IMG/VR virus record: IMGVR_UViG_3300027533_000034
Location: 1-48,526 of that record
Source: a virus
Lineage: Duplodnaviria; Caudoviricetes
Direction: 5' to 3' (one strand)
DNA length: 48,526 nt
Below the pieces are notes generated by a model. That model was given only the letters and a program-made list of their open reading frames with translations. It was not told where the DNA came from and made no database searches. The position numbers and the translations under genes are program-made. This document shows positions 1 to 8,307 of the stretch, piece after piece (positions within the stretch are counted from its first letter, which is position 1; each line of letters begins with the position of its first letter).

Positions 1-183
1 AGCATCTGACCGCAATTTGGACAGAAATTGTTGCGATTTACGACCGGAGTGTCGGTATAAATCGACTTTTTGAAGGTTCCGAACTGTGTCGTGTCCTTAT
101 TTTCGTTGTAGGCGAACACAGTTCCGAAATTATAGAGGATGTAGAGTGCGCGAATGAAGATTAGCTGACCTTTGTTGCGCTTT
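1..183. repeat. Terminal direct repeat (left copy), matching 48344..48526; circular-assembly overlap
   Basis: Direct comparison shows 183 bp identical except at positions 15, 49, 50 and 57; 58..183 is an exact match. Confidence 0.95.
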
Positions 184-677
184 TGAATCAGCTCAGCGAG
201 TTTCGAGTAGGATTTTGCCGTGAAAACGTCGTCCTGGGAGTCTGCGTCATCGGGGAAGAAGCGGACATAGGGCAATCCGGCTGACAGCGCCGAGATTATA
301 GCCTGCCCATGAGCTTTGTAGACGTTGACAATCTTCGCGTATGACGCTGGATCGATTTCGAGGGAACTGTCTAGCTCTCTCATCTCGTCAGGAGTCCGCC
401 AATCACCTGAGAACTCATCCCAGATGATATACTGGCGATCGCGCCAGTAGTTCTCCATCTTCCTCCAGACTTTCACCATCAGTTCTCGGACAGTATCCTC
501 CCCCAACTCAAGCTGCTCGATGAGCGTGTTGAGTAAGCGACCCTCCCGAGTCTCCCACATTTCTAGTGGCTTCTCAGGAGTTACGGGAGCCAGAGCTTCT
601 TCGGGAGGAATCTCCTGGAAGTCAGTATCCAGGGGTTCCATCGGAAGCTCTTCTTCGAGAACTGGAACTTCGCCCAT
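1..677 (-). CDS. Portal protein, N-terminal part (continues across the circular junction into 48343..46609; about 803 aa in total)
   Basis: Hand translation from ATG 677 (MGEVPVLEEELP...NVYKAHGQAIISALSAGLPYVRFFPDDADSQDD...) is open to position 1 and joins the 46609..48462 frame. It lies between terL and the scaffold/capsid genes. Confidence 0.85.
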   Translation of the reverse strand, partial: MGEVPVLEEELPMEPLDTDFQEIPPEEALAPVTPEKPLEMWETREGRLLNTLIEQLELGEDTVRELMVKVWRKMENYWRDRQYIIWDEFSGDWRTPDEMRELDSSLEIDPASYAKIVNVYKAHGQAIISALSAGLPYVRFFPDDADSQDDVFTAKSYSKLAELIQKRNKGQLIFIRALYILYNFGTVFAYNENKDTTQFGTFKKSIYTDTPVVNRNNFCPNCGQM

Positions 678-827
678 TTACTTGATAACCTGTGAGAGCA
701 ACTGAGCAAGTGCCCACGCTGCGAGACCCGCCGCAACGAGACGATGCCAGTGAGGTTGAGTAGCGGGCGTCCACGTGCTGATAGCGAAGCACACGACAGC
801 TAACATCAATAACAGCATCGAGATCAT
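678..827 (-). CDS. Small two-TM membrane protein (49 aa), holin-like candidate
   Basis: Hand translation MISMLLLMLAVVCFAISTWTPATQPHWHRLVAAGLAAWALAQLLSQVIK. It has a GGAGG RBS, an ATGA overlap with the upstream ORF, and its stop abuts the portal ATG. Confidence 0.65.
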   Translation of the reverse strand: MISMLLLMLAVVCFAISTWTPATQPHWHRLVAAGLAAWALAQLLSQVIK

Positions 828-1225
828 TTATCCTCCGTTACCGGACTCGTCTCACTGGTCACAGCGTCAGCAGCCTTAGCTGCGCGCGCCTCCCAGTATT
901 TCTTCGTTCTCTCAGTCTCGATTCTCTGTGCTGCGGCATGAAATGGTTCCCTCTTTCGAGCGATGGGTTCCATCACTTTCTCAGCACCCTCTACCCGCTC
1001 AGGTATCACAATACCAAGCCGCTTTTGGTAAAGCTCGATCTGACCTCTGAGATACTTGATTTGCTCCAAGCTATCGATGAGACGCGCGATAGCTGAAGTC
1101 TTACGTTCAATCTCCTCGCCTAGCTCTTTCCGAAGTTCTTCGTTCTGACTCTGGAGAGCCTTAACAAACGACTCAACGGTTATGGGTCGCGACGTAAGAC
1201 CTTCCAGCCACGAAATGACGCCCAC
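824..1225 (-). CDS. Hypothetical coiled-coil protein
   Basis: 133-aa ORF overlapping the terL 3' end, heptad-like sequence. Confidence 0.6.
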   Translation of the reverse strand: MGVISWLEGLTSRPITVESFVKALQSQNEELRKELGEEIERKTSAIARLIDSLEQIKYLRGQIELYQKRLGIVIPERVEGAEKVMEPIARKREPFHAAAQRIETERTKKYWEARAAKAADAVTSETSPVTEDK

Positions 1226-2852
1226 GCTTCCTTCCTCTCCAGATGCCAGGGTTCGTATTTTGGTTCCCTTCGTAGCGAGCCATCTGTCGATAGAAGGTAT
1301 TCTGGTCGCCGGTCTGTGCTAGCTTCTCATGTATCTGAGCTAGCTCGGTACGCTTCGCAAACTCTTTCTTGACGCCTCTCGTAAACCTGTCAACTGCCTT
1401 CAGCAAGTATCGGAGACCATCATACGGGTCATCGCCAGGATGTTCTTCGGTGCCATTCCACTCGGCGACGTCCTCCGTCTGATGTCCGTCACGCTCCTTG
1501 TATACGCACAGTGGAATTGTGCGCCTGAGTTCCTGACAACTCCGAGTAATCTGAAGCCTCGGAATAGTTTTCGTTTCCGGGGGCTCAGGCTGAAACAAAT
1601 CGTAGTATTCTTGAGCAGCAGCCGACCCGCGATTCCGAAGCACCCATTGGAAAGTCTCGTGAGAGAAGCCGTCCTTCGGGACATACATCGGAGGCCGTGG
1701 CTTCCACCTCAGGAACTCATGAACCAGAATCTTCCCACCGATGCGGTCGTTGTCCGCGAGTTCCCAATCCGACCATCCCGTCGCTTCTATCAGCTGTTCA
1801 TATACCGATTTAACCCCGCGTTTCTGATTAGCTGACGGGTCAACAACCTTTGCCGCTATCGAAGTCAGCTCATACTGAGAAGCACGCCGTATGTTGGCTC
1901 CCCAGACAGATACGTCCTCTCGATTACGGCAGTATTCGCGATAAATAAAACAGCGTGAGTCCGGACTGATTGCGGCCCATCCGACCCATGTGTGAGCAGC
2001 ATATCCCCAGTCAGCTGCGATAATACGTGGCCACCAGGCAGGCGGCTCGAAGTCCTCGACAACGTGAGACGCGGTCGCTGGCTCGTCTGGGTATGGCTGC
2101 TCTCGATACTGGTCAAATACCTGCCCTGAAAATGTCCACCAATCTCCTTCGATCTTAGCCTTCTGCTCTGCGATTGGCAGTAGACGTAGACGGTAGATAT
2201 AGGTGGGGTCCTTCTCCATCAGCTGCGGGTTATCCGTCAGCTTGGCTGGAATGAAGATCCTTTTACTTCTTGCTATGCTGTCATAAAGAATCACGTTCCC
2301 ATCACGGGCCGGTGCTACGAACCTGTCACGCACCCAAACATGTCCGATGTTACCTGGGTTCGTTGCGCCTCGGATAATTGCTGGCACCCCTGTTAATGTT
2401 GACCTGACACGCGAAGTCAGGTATGTATACATGAACGAGGTGAATGCCGTTAGTTCGTCGAATCCGCAGTAATGATACTCAGCCGTGTCGTGGTCGCGCG
2501 CATCCTGGTCTTTGTCGAGATATGAGAAGTTTATGACTGCCCCCGATGGAAACGTCCAGAGATGCTTCGTGTCGTTGTATGTTGCGCCGAGATGTTTGTA
2601 GAACTCCCTGCTTCGTGGTATCAGAGACTCCTCAAGTTGAGGGAACGTCCTCCTAAACAGTATGCCTCTGAAGCCAGATATCTCATGAAACCCGTAAATG
2701 ATGGGAAGCATGAGCAAGAGCTCAGACTTCCCACCTCCAGCCGCCCCTCCGTAAAGTGCCTCGAAAACACTGAAAGGAATCTGAATGAAGTCAACCTGAC
2801 GAGGGTTGGGCTTCCAGATTTTCAGTGCTCTCGAGACTACTTCTAGAGCCAT
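1173..2852 (-). CDS. terL: Terminase large subunit
   Basis: Walker A YGGAAGGGKS, Walker B GFDELT, ATNPG coupling motif, nuclease acidic motifs (ADWG, DDPYDGLRY). Confidence 0.95.
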   Translation of the reverse strand: MALEVVSRALKIWKPNPRQVDFIQIPFSVFEALYGGAAGGGKSELLLMLPIIYGFHEISGFRGILFRRTFPQLEESLIPRSREFYKHLGATYNDTKHLWTFPSGAVINFSYLDKDQDARDHDTAEYHYCGFDELTAFTSFMYTYLTSRVRSTLTGVPAIIRGATNPGNIGHVWVRDRFVAPARDGNVILYDSIARSKRIFIPAKLTDNPQLMEKDPTYIYRLRLLPIAEQKAKIEGDWWTFSGQVFDQYREQPYPDEPATASHVVEDFEPPAWWPRIIAADWGYAAHTWVGWAAISPDSRCFIYREYCRNREDVSVWGANIRRASQYELTSIAAKVVDPSANQKRGVKSVYEQLIEATGWSDWELADNDRIGGKILVHEFLRWKPRPPMYVPKDGFSHETFQWVLRNRGSAAAQEYYDLFQPEPPETKTIPRLQITRSCQELRRTIPLCVYKERDGHQTEDVAEWNGTEEHPGDDPYDGLRYLLKAVDRFTRGVKKEFAKRTELAQIHEKLAQTGDQNTFYRQMARYEGNQNTNPGIWRGRKRGRHFVAGRSYVATHNR

Positions 2853-3098
2853 CTACTTCCTGACTGGCTTCGGACGCTCTGGGCTATTGTCACCGTAGCC
2901 CTTGTCATCCTGTCGTTCCACTTCGACAGCCACCCAGACGCCGGGCGCGTAAGCGACGACGATTCCACTCTCGCTCTCGGTGCCTTCGAGACTCGCTTCA
3001 CTCCAGAATGTGAGCGCGCCCGATTCCTCGACAGCGATGGACTTCGCCTTGATGTTTCGTTCCGCTCCGCTCGCTAACACTACGTGATAGTTTCGCAT
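2853..3098 (-). CDS. Hypothetical protein
   Basis: 81-aa ORF with a GGAG RBS, abutting the terL start. Confidence 0.7.
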   Translation of the reverse strand: MRNYHVVLASGAERNIKAKSIAVEESGALTFWSEASLEGTESESGIVVAYAPGVWVAVEVERQDDKGYGDNSPERPKPVRK

Positions 3099-3111
3099 CC
3101 CTGCTCCTTGT

Positions 3112-3378
3112 TCAGACTTTGTTCAGTCCTTCGACGCCCCTCGCCTCTCGGTCCAGCTTCCTCTTGAGAAGCCACAGGAGAGCCTCATCAAGTTTCGTGA
3201 TGCACATCGAGTTCTCACGACATGGGAAGTTGGCGTTGAAGCCCTCGATCTTCACCTTGGCCCATCGAATGACTTCGTCAATCTGCACCCCATTGACGCC
3301 GACTTCCTTTATGGGACCATCCTGGATGGTGAAGCTGACCGTCGTGTCCTTCTCGACGATGTATTCCGTATCTGTCAT
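3112..3378 (-). CDS. tad1: Tad1-like anti-defence nucleotide-signal sponge protein
   Basis: IQDGPIKEVGVNGV...FPCRENSMCITKLDEALLWLLKRKLDREARGVEG matches the Tad1 pattern FQxG..K...G V...F..REN..A.T..EEAL.W...R..DR..R.V.G as recalled from memory. Confidence 0.75.
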   Translation of the reverse strand: MTDTEYIVEKDTTVSFTIQDGPIKEVGVNGVQIDEVIRWAKVKIEGFNANFPCRENSMCITKLDEALLWLLKRKLDREARGVEGLNKV

Positions 3379-3443
3379 GTGTCCTCTCAGGGAACGTGGA
3401 GACGGAACCTTCGCACCGTCTCCACCGTCAGTTCGTTAGTTCG

Positions 3444-4217
3444 TCACTTCGTCTGGAGAATCTTCGACTTGCCCGACTCGTAGACCTTCTCCTTCGCAGA
3501 CTGGGCACCGAGTGTCCCGACGGCGACACCATCACCAGCCACCCATGCGGTCCCGTTCCACGATGCGTGACTCGCATCTCCGAGGATGACGTGCTGTCCG
3601 GTTGTCCACGGAGTGGGAGGGGTCGCGACAACGCTCGCCAGACCTGCGAGGTCTGCTGGTGCAGTTGCTCCCGATGGAGTGAATGTTCCGGGGGAACCCG
3701 CCGTCGCTCCGGTTGCCACGACTGGTGCTTCTCCTGGAGCAACGCCAGCCACCCATGCGGTTCCATCCCAGTATGCGGATGAACCGTCACCGAGGACGAC
3801 GTGCTGACCGTCGACCCATGCAGTGGTTGGTGATGCGACGACGCCGGTCATGTCAGCGAGAGTCAGCGGAGCTTCGGAGCCTTCAGGAGTCCAGACTCCA
3901 GCAGAATCGACGCCCGTCGCAGTTTCGAGGGTGACTCCGAGGGATTCCGCCGCATCGGGAGTGAGAACGAAGCGACAGATACGAGTGACTTCGACCTGTT
4001 CTCCCGGAGGGTCCAACTCTGCCTTCAGGATGTCGAACTCCTTGTCACCATACTTCGCCGGTCGCTTGGTGGTGACTTCGCATACGTGGTCTCCTGCAAA
4101 CGCCTTGCATTCTCCACGCTTCCCGTCCTCGTCGTCGAGCTTGATGATGGCGAAGCCGATGCCGACAAGCTTCCTGACCAGCCCTTCTCCTGTGATGGTT
4201 CTTGGTGTTCCTGGCAT
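3444..4217 (-). CDS. Hypothetical protein with two C-terminal Trp/Gly-rich ~70-aa repeats (possible virion decoration protein)
   Basis: AAGGAG RBS; duplicated unit LA...VVA.P.T.W..GQHV.LGD.S.A.W.GTAWVAG; the DNA copies are 210 nt apart. Confidence 0.75.
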   Translation of the reverse strand: MPGTPRTITGEGLVRKLVGIGFAIIKLDDEDGKRGECKAFAGDHVCEVTTKRPAKYGDKEFDILKAELDPPGEQVEVTRICRFVLTPDAAESLGVTLETATGVDSAGVWTPEGSEAPLTLADMTGVVASPTTAWVDGQHVVLGDGSSAYWDGTAWVAGVAPGEAPVVATGATAGSPGTFTPSGATAPADLAGLASVVATPPTPWTTGQHVILGDASHASWNGTAWVAGDGVAVGTLGAQSAKEKVYESGKSKILQTK

Positions 4218-4251
4218 GCTATCTCCTTTAACTGTTCACGCTCTGAAATGT

Positions 4252-4327
4252 TTTGAGCCCCCCGAATGTCCCATCAGATAGTTAGCTCGGGGCAAGCCTT
4301 CCATCCTTTTCATCCGAGGGACTCAAA
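4252..4327 (-). other. Long irregular RNA hairpin in the intergenic region
   Basis: On the minus strand UUUGAGUCCCUCGGAUG pairs with CAUUCGGGGGGCUCAAA (17 bp including G-U pairs), with two further internal stems. Confidence 0.55.
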
Positions 4328-5056
4328 TCATTGGTCGTGCGCGTCTAACTGATGCTGTGAAGCCAACTTCGTCGGCACCAAGTCGATGACTTCGTATGAT
4401 TGCTCCGGCCTGGCTTCTGGCCGAAAGACGTGGAAGTGGACCGACTGAGTATTGTTCTCAGCTTTAGGCGTCACCTTATCTACGATAGATGAGAGGTCCC
4501 GACCAACTCTAGCGAGCTTCGTAACGTCAGTTACCGCCTCAAGTTTCTCATCGTCCATCAAACCTAGCGTTTTGACGAGACGATTGAAAGCGAGATTGCG
4601 GATGGCATCCTGTTGGTCCTTAACTTCCAGGACCAAATCCTCTTTTACCTCTCCACCCACGCTGACTTTCCCCTGAGCGTAGGCGTAGGGCATTTGCGCG
4701 CCAGCATCAAAGAGCTGGTCTGTGGCGCGGCCACCGAGAACTTTTGAAGCCACTCCTATTGTGGCTCGTAGATTGTCGGACCTGTTATGCTGACCCTTCG
4801 GTCGTCCGCGGGGAGATGGTGGGATGAGGATATCGTCCAGGGCTTTGAGCGCGTCGGCGTCCAGCTTTGGTGAGGCTTCGACAGTTTCCTCTTCTTTTTC
4901 GACAGGTTGCGTGGGTGCCTCTGAAATAGGGGACCCGTTTCCATCTGAAGGAATCGGCGAAGCCGGTTTCGATGGCGCAGAGCGCCGATCTCTGATAGAC
5001 CACAAGTCTTTCGACTTATCGAGGCGAGATGTGCTCTCAGTTTCTGAGATAAACAT
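4328..5056 (-). CDS. Probable terminase small subunit or other DNA-binding protein
   Basis: First gene of the packaging operon, upstream of terL; RGRPKG motif, helical C-terminal half. Assignment is positional. Confidence 0.45.
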   Translation of the reverse strand: MFISETESTSRLDKSKDLWSIRDRRSAPSKPASPIPSDGNGSPISEAPTQPVEKEEETVEASPKLDADALKALDDILIPPSPRGRPKGQHNRSDNLRATIGVASKVLGGRATDQLFDAGAQMPYAYAQGKVSVGGEVKEDLVLEVKDQQDAIRNLAFNRLVKTLGLMDDEKLEAVTDVTKLARVGRDLSSIVDKVTPKAENNTQSVHFHVFRPEARPEQSYEVIDLVPTKLASQHQLDAHDQ

Positions 5057-5096
5057 AACGGGTTCGTTTATAAAAAAGTTCGGCGAAAGCCTTTAA

Positions 5097-5125
5097 AGCG
5101 TAATCGATCGAACACTTAATGTCAA
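5097..5125 (-). promoter_or_regulatory. Sigma70-type promoter for the packaging/structural operon
   Basis: TTGACA-17 nt-TACGCT on the minus strand, about 40 nt upstream of ATG 5056. Confidence 0.6.
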
Positions 5126-5324
5126 GAACTATTTTCATCGTTTTTCCTAATGATTTTAAGTGTTCACGCTGGATGGAAGCGTTCACGGCACCCCCCGATT
5201 TTTCACTTATACGGAGCTTTACGTTTTTCAAATGTTGACAGGCGCAGGCTTTATAAGTGCTTCGCCCTCCCCGGGTTACCGCATGGGACCCGTAAATATA
5301 CTGGTGGGGGGTATGCGGTCTGGT

Positions 5325-5404
5325 TGTATTGATGTCAATACATGTATGGAGTTGTATGGTTGTCAATACAAGTTAGGATGTCTACTTGTATTGATGTCAA
5401 TACA
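5325..5404. repeat. Three copies of an 18-bp palindrome TGTATTGA-TG-TCAATACA (operator-like)
   Basis: Exact copies at 5325..5342 and 5387..5404; a 2-mismatch copy at 5353..5370. Confidence 0.85.
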
Positions 5405-5419
5405 TGCTGGCGCATGCGT

Positions 5420-5449
5420 AAAAAAGCCCGGCATACGGGCCGGGCTTAG
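5420..5449 (-). terminator. Intrinsic terminator ending the small leftward operon
   Basis: Minus strand AAGCCCGGC-ccgtat-GCCGGGCTT followed by a T run, about 20 nt after the stop at 5471. Confidence 0.8.
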
Positions 5450-5470
5450 TCCAGGTCGATTAGTGGCAGG

Positions 5471-5659
5471 TCAGCCGCGCACGACGCGCCGCATGCTTAG
5501 TGCCATGCGTTCGAGTGCCAGCATGCGATCCTCGAACAGTTGACGGCACACCATACGCTCAGCCACTTCATACGGAATGTCAGCCGCGCAGAGTGTCACG
5601 ATAGCCTTGAGTGCTGCATGCTTCTCGGCTTGTGGCAGGTCCGCCAGAAACGGACTCAC
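5471..5659 (-). CDS. Hypothetical protein
   Basis: 62-aa ORF with a GTGA overlap with the upstream gene, followed by a terminator. Confidence 0.6.
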   Translation of the reverse strand: MSPFLADLPQAEKHAALKAIVTLCAADIPYEVAERMVCRQLFEDRMLALERMALSMRRVVRG

Positions 5660-5895
5660 TTGCTCACCTGCCGCATGCGCTGAATGACAATCTGCCGAGT
5701 CTCAGTGATAACGGCAGTCTCAATAACGGCCGCCGACATGAGGGAACCGGACGCGATATCCCGCGCTACCGTATGGATATCGCCCGCGTATCCGGCAGGA
5801 AAAGAGTAGGACGCGCGAACGCGCATACCGCGCGACTCGGCAGGGGAAATGGTGACTTGCTCTGAGGGACCGTCAACTAACTCGTATGCTTTCAT
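5656..5895 (-). CDS. Hypothetical protein (79 aa, MKAYELVDG...)
   Basis: Start re-called to ATG 5895, which follows an AGGAG RBS. Confidence 0.6.
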   Translation of the reverse strand: MKAYELVDGPSEQVTISPAESRGMRVRASYSFPAGYAGDIHTVARDIASGSLMSAAVIETAVITETRQIVIQRMRQVSK

Positions 5896-5960
5896 GCTCG
5901 TAACTCCTATCAGGGGTTTGAAGTGGGCCGGTCCCATCATAGGACCGGCCCCGTATGCGC

Positions 5961-6470
5961 CTACTTGCTGTAGACGTAATCCGCCGGAAGCTCTCCCTCT
6001 TCGATGAGTCCCGCGAGAACCGTCTTGATGGCTTTGGCTTCCGAGAAGCCAGCCGCCATAAGACCCTTGATCCCACGTTCGATCGCTTTCTCTGGACCCT
6101 CCGCCTTTTTCAGCAGGGCCGTGCGGACCAGACCACGACGGTAGAGATCCTCCGCATAGTTGAACCGTCCCATGCACGACGGCTTGGTTTCGTGCAACTC
6201 GTATACGCCATCCATGAGCGCAAGCTGACCGGCCGTTGTGAGTGCCTCGTATCGGACGTATTCGCCTGATACGGTTTTCTTCGTGTCGCCGGTTCCCGAT
6301 ACCTTGACGTCTACCGTATCGATAGACGCCCGGATATCGCCGGACTCCACGGAGGCGCGCAACTTCTCTTCGATGCGCTCATCGGTCGCCGCCAGATAGA
6401 CCACGGCTTTCGGGTCCACGGCAGTCTTTTCGACCTGCTCCACGTTCTGTTCCACTGTCTGTTCACTCAT
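5961..6470 (-). CDS. Hypothetical early protein (169 aa, MSEQTVEQ...)
   Basis: Start re-called to ATG 6470 after GGAGAG, directly downstream of a predicted promoter. Confidence 0.75.
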   Translation of the reverse strand: MSEQTVEQNVEQVEKTAVDPKAVVYLAATDERIEEKLRASVESGDIRASIDTVDVKVSGTGDTKKTVSGEYVRYEALTTAGQLALMDGVYELHETKPSCMGRFNYAEDLYRRGLVRTALLKKAEGPEKAIERGIKGLMAAGFSEAKAIKTVLAGLIEEGELPADYVYSK

Positions 6471-6534
6471 ATAAGTGTCTCTCTCCACTGTCGGTTTCCG
6501 CATGCGCCGAAGAGGATTCCCCGGCGACACAAGA

Positions 6535-6563
6535 ATTGTCTCATAGCGCGGCCCGTCTGTCAA
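6535..6563 (-). promoter_or_regulatory. Leftward sigma70-type promoter
   Basis: TTGACA-17 nt-GACAAT with an extended -10 TG. Confidence 0.6.
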
Positions 6564-7650
6564 CTGGGAAACGGTGCAAAAACAGGCGCAAAAACGCTAA
6601 TGTTCTCGTTCCAGGCACTCCCACGGGCCGCGCCCCAAAAACCACGTATAAATAGGCCTATTTCTGAGGGTCGCCGCGCATGCGAAGCCTAATATAAGCG
6701 GGGGACATGAGCGGGAGACGCCGTATATTTAACCCCTACGTATAAGGGTTTTGCCGTATATGTCCCTAGGTATTCGCCTAGAAAACTGTTCGAGGCACCT
6801 TAAAACCGTTCATTCGCGTTTTGCTACCTGGTCCCGCACTTCTGGCCGTTCCAGCCCACGCGCGCAATGAACGCTTTTAAAACTGTTCACGCTTCCGTAT
6901 ACGAAAACCCAACTTATGTGCTTTTTACGATATGGGATGTGAAATCGATGTCTCCTGTATGTGCTTTTTACTATAAGGGAAACCTGTAAGCCTTTTGTTT
7001 ATAACAACTTAAAAGTGTTCACGCCTGTATGGGGTATCCCTCTCCCTATCCGGTCCCCCTATGCCAGACCCCAAGTGTCTCCTTTTTAGGACAATTTCTT
7101 CCGTATGTTTTGTTTTTTTATAATTTTTTTTATTTTTTACAAACAAGAACTATACGGAAATGTATATACAAATGTATAACATGCGGAAACAGCCCTACCC
7201 ATATAGGGAGAGAGACTCCCCGGCTTCGCCGTGAACACTTTTTTCACCCTATAAACATTGGCGTGAACACTTTCCAGGCACCATAAAAAGCACATGCTTT
7301 TCACATGCGTATAAGTTAAATACCACATACTTTCGACATGCTTTATTTTGCAGCCCCCCACAAAAACCGTCTACTTTCAATACACCTAACTGTTCACTGT
7401 CCATTCTCGAAGTGTTCACGGATGTATAATGTAGTAAAACCCAACATATTTTATGCAATAACCTGGCATGAAACCGCAGAAACATGAATACTATTCACGA
7501 CGGTGCATACATATTCACATATATTTGCTCATTTATACGGAAATCTCGAGCGTATACGGTGAGCTACGTATGCGAAGCCTGAGACTAGGGGAAGTGTCCC
7601 ATTTTGAGACACGGTGCCGCAAGTCCTTTGTTTGCAGTAGTTTAGCAGGG
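6564..7650. other. About 1.1-kb AT-rich non-coding region between divergent promoters (candidate origin or physical genome end)
   Basis: No credible ORFs, long T tracts (7100-7140), clustered AA(G/C)TGTTCAC(G) repeats, an inverted repeat at 6800..6880 and TATGTGCTTTTTAC repeats. Confidence 0.65.
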
Positions 7651-7651
7651 C

Positions 7652-7681
7652 TTGACCTGGTGAACGGTTTCGTGGTAAGCT
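7652..7681 (+). promoter_or_regulatory. Rightward early promoter
   Basis: TTGACC-18 nt-TAAGCT with an extended -10 TG, 90 nt upstream of ORF 7771. Confidence 0.5.
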
Positions 7682-7770
7682 GAGTGCTGGCGCAAGCCAT
7701 ACGCCCACGTATACGAAGTTACCGCATACGAGGCGTCCACAGTAGCCTGATAGCTATACGGAGAGTGTAA

Positions 7771-8037
7771 ATGCCAATTGAGAATCGTGACGACCAGGAA
7801 ATCTCGCTGAACATCAGCATACGAGCAGGCGTTGTGCGCGAAACCATCGAGCGCGCCGACAGTTTCGGAGATTCATTCAGCGCATACGTCGAAATGGCGC
7901 TGAACCACTTCAATCAGGGCGCTATCACGATCGAACGCGCCAACTCTCAGATTGAAGCCGCGCATGAGGCGGGCCGCAAGCTGGGAAGCATCGAGCGCAT
8001 CATCAAGGTCGCGCAGGACGAAATCAACGCTCGGTAG
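7771..8037 (+). CDS. Putative ribbon-helix-helix DNA-binding protein
   Basis: SLNISI strand, then a helix, then GDSFSAYVEMAL, a pattern typical of RHH proteins; GGAGAG RBS; first gene of the early operon. Confidence 0.5.
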   Translation: MPIENRDDQEISLNISIRAGVVRETIERADSFGDSFSAYVEMALNHFNQGAITIERANSQIEAAHEAGRKLGSIERIIKVAQDEINAR

Positions 8038-8079
8038 TTTATACGCCCGGCATCTGAACGGTGCCGGGCAACTTTAGAG

Positions 8080-8307
8080 GTGATTCTCATGAGATTTGTC
8101 GATAGTGTGCTAGAGGAACTGGAGAAGCTCGAATATCCTGAGCTAGTCCTGGAATACGAGCCAACTGATGTTGCGCGCTCCACCGCTCGAACCATCGAGA
8201 TGTGCTACAAGCTCCACATCAGCCCGCGTATGACGGCCATCATCATCTGGTCGCTCACGATGGAGATGCAGATTATTGCCTCATCTCGCGATATGGTGAA
8301 GCACTAA
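8080..8307 (+). CDS. Hypothetical protein
   Basis: ORF with a GAGG RBS in the early operon; TAATG coupling to the next gene. Confidence 0.6.
   Translation: MILMRFVDSVLEELEKLEYPELVLEYEPTDVARSTARTIEMCYKLHISPRMTAIIIWSLTMEMQIIASSRDMVKH

Noticed and set aside
5325-5404. Possible mini-CRISPR array, given the Cas4-like gene
   Set aside because: Repeats are 18 bp with only 10- and 16-bp gaps, too short for spacers; no cas operon is present. Stand-alone Cas4-like nucleases are common phage recombination enzymes.
7029-7683. Short ORFs in the AT-rich gap
   Set aside because: Atypical composition, no RBS, and they overlap regulatory repeats; treated as non-coding.
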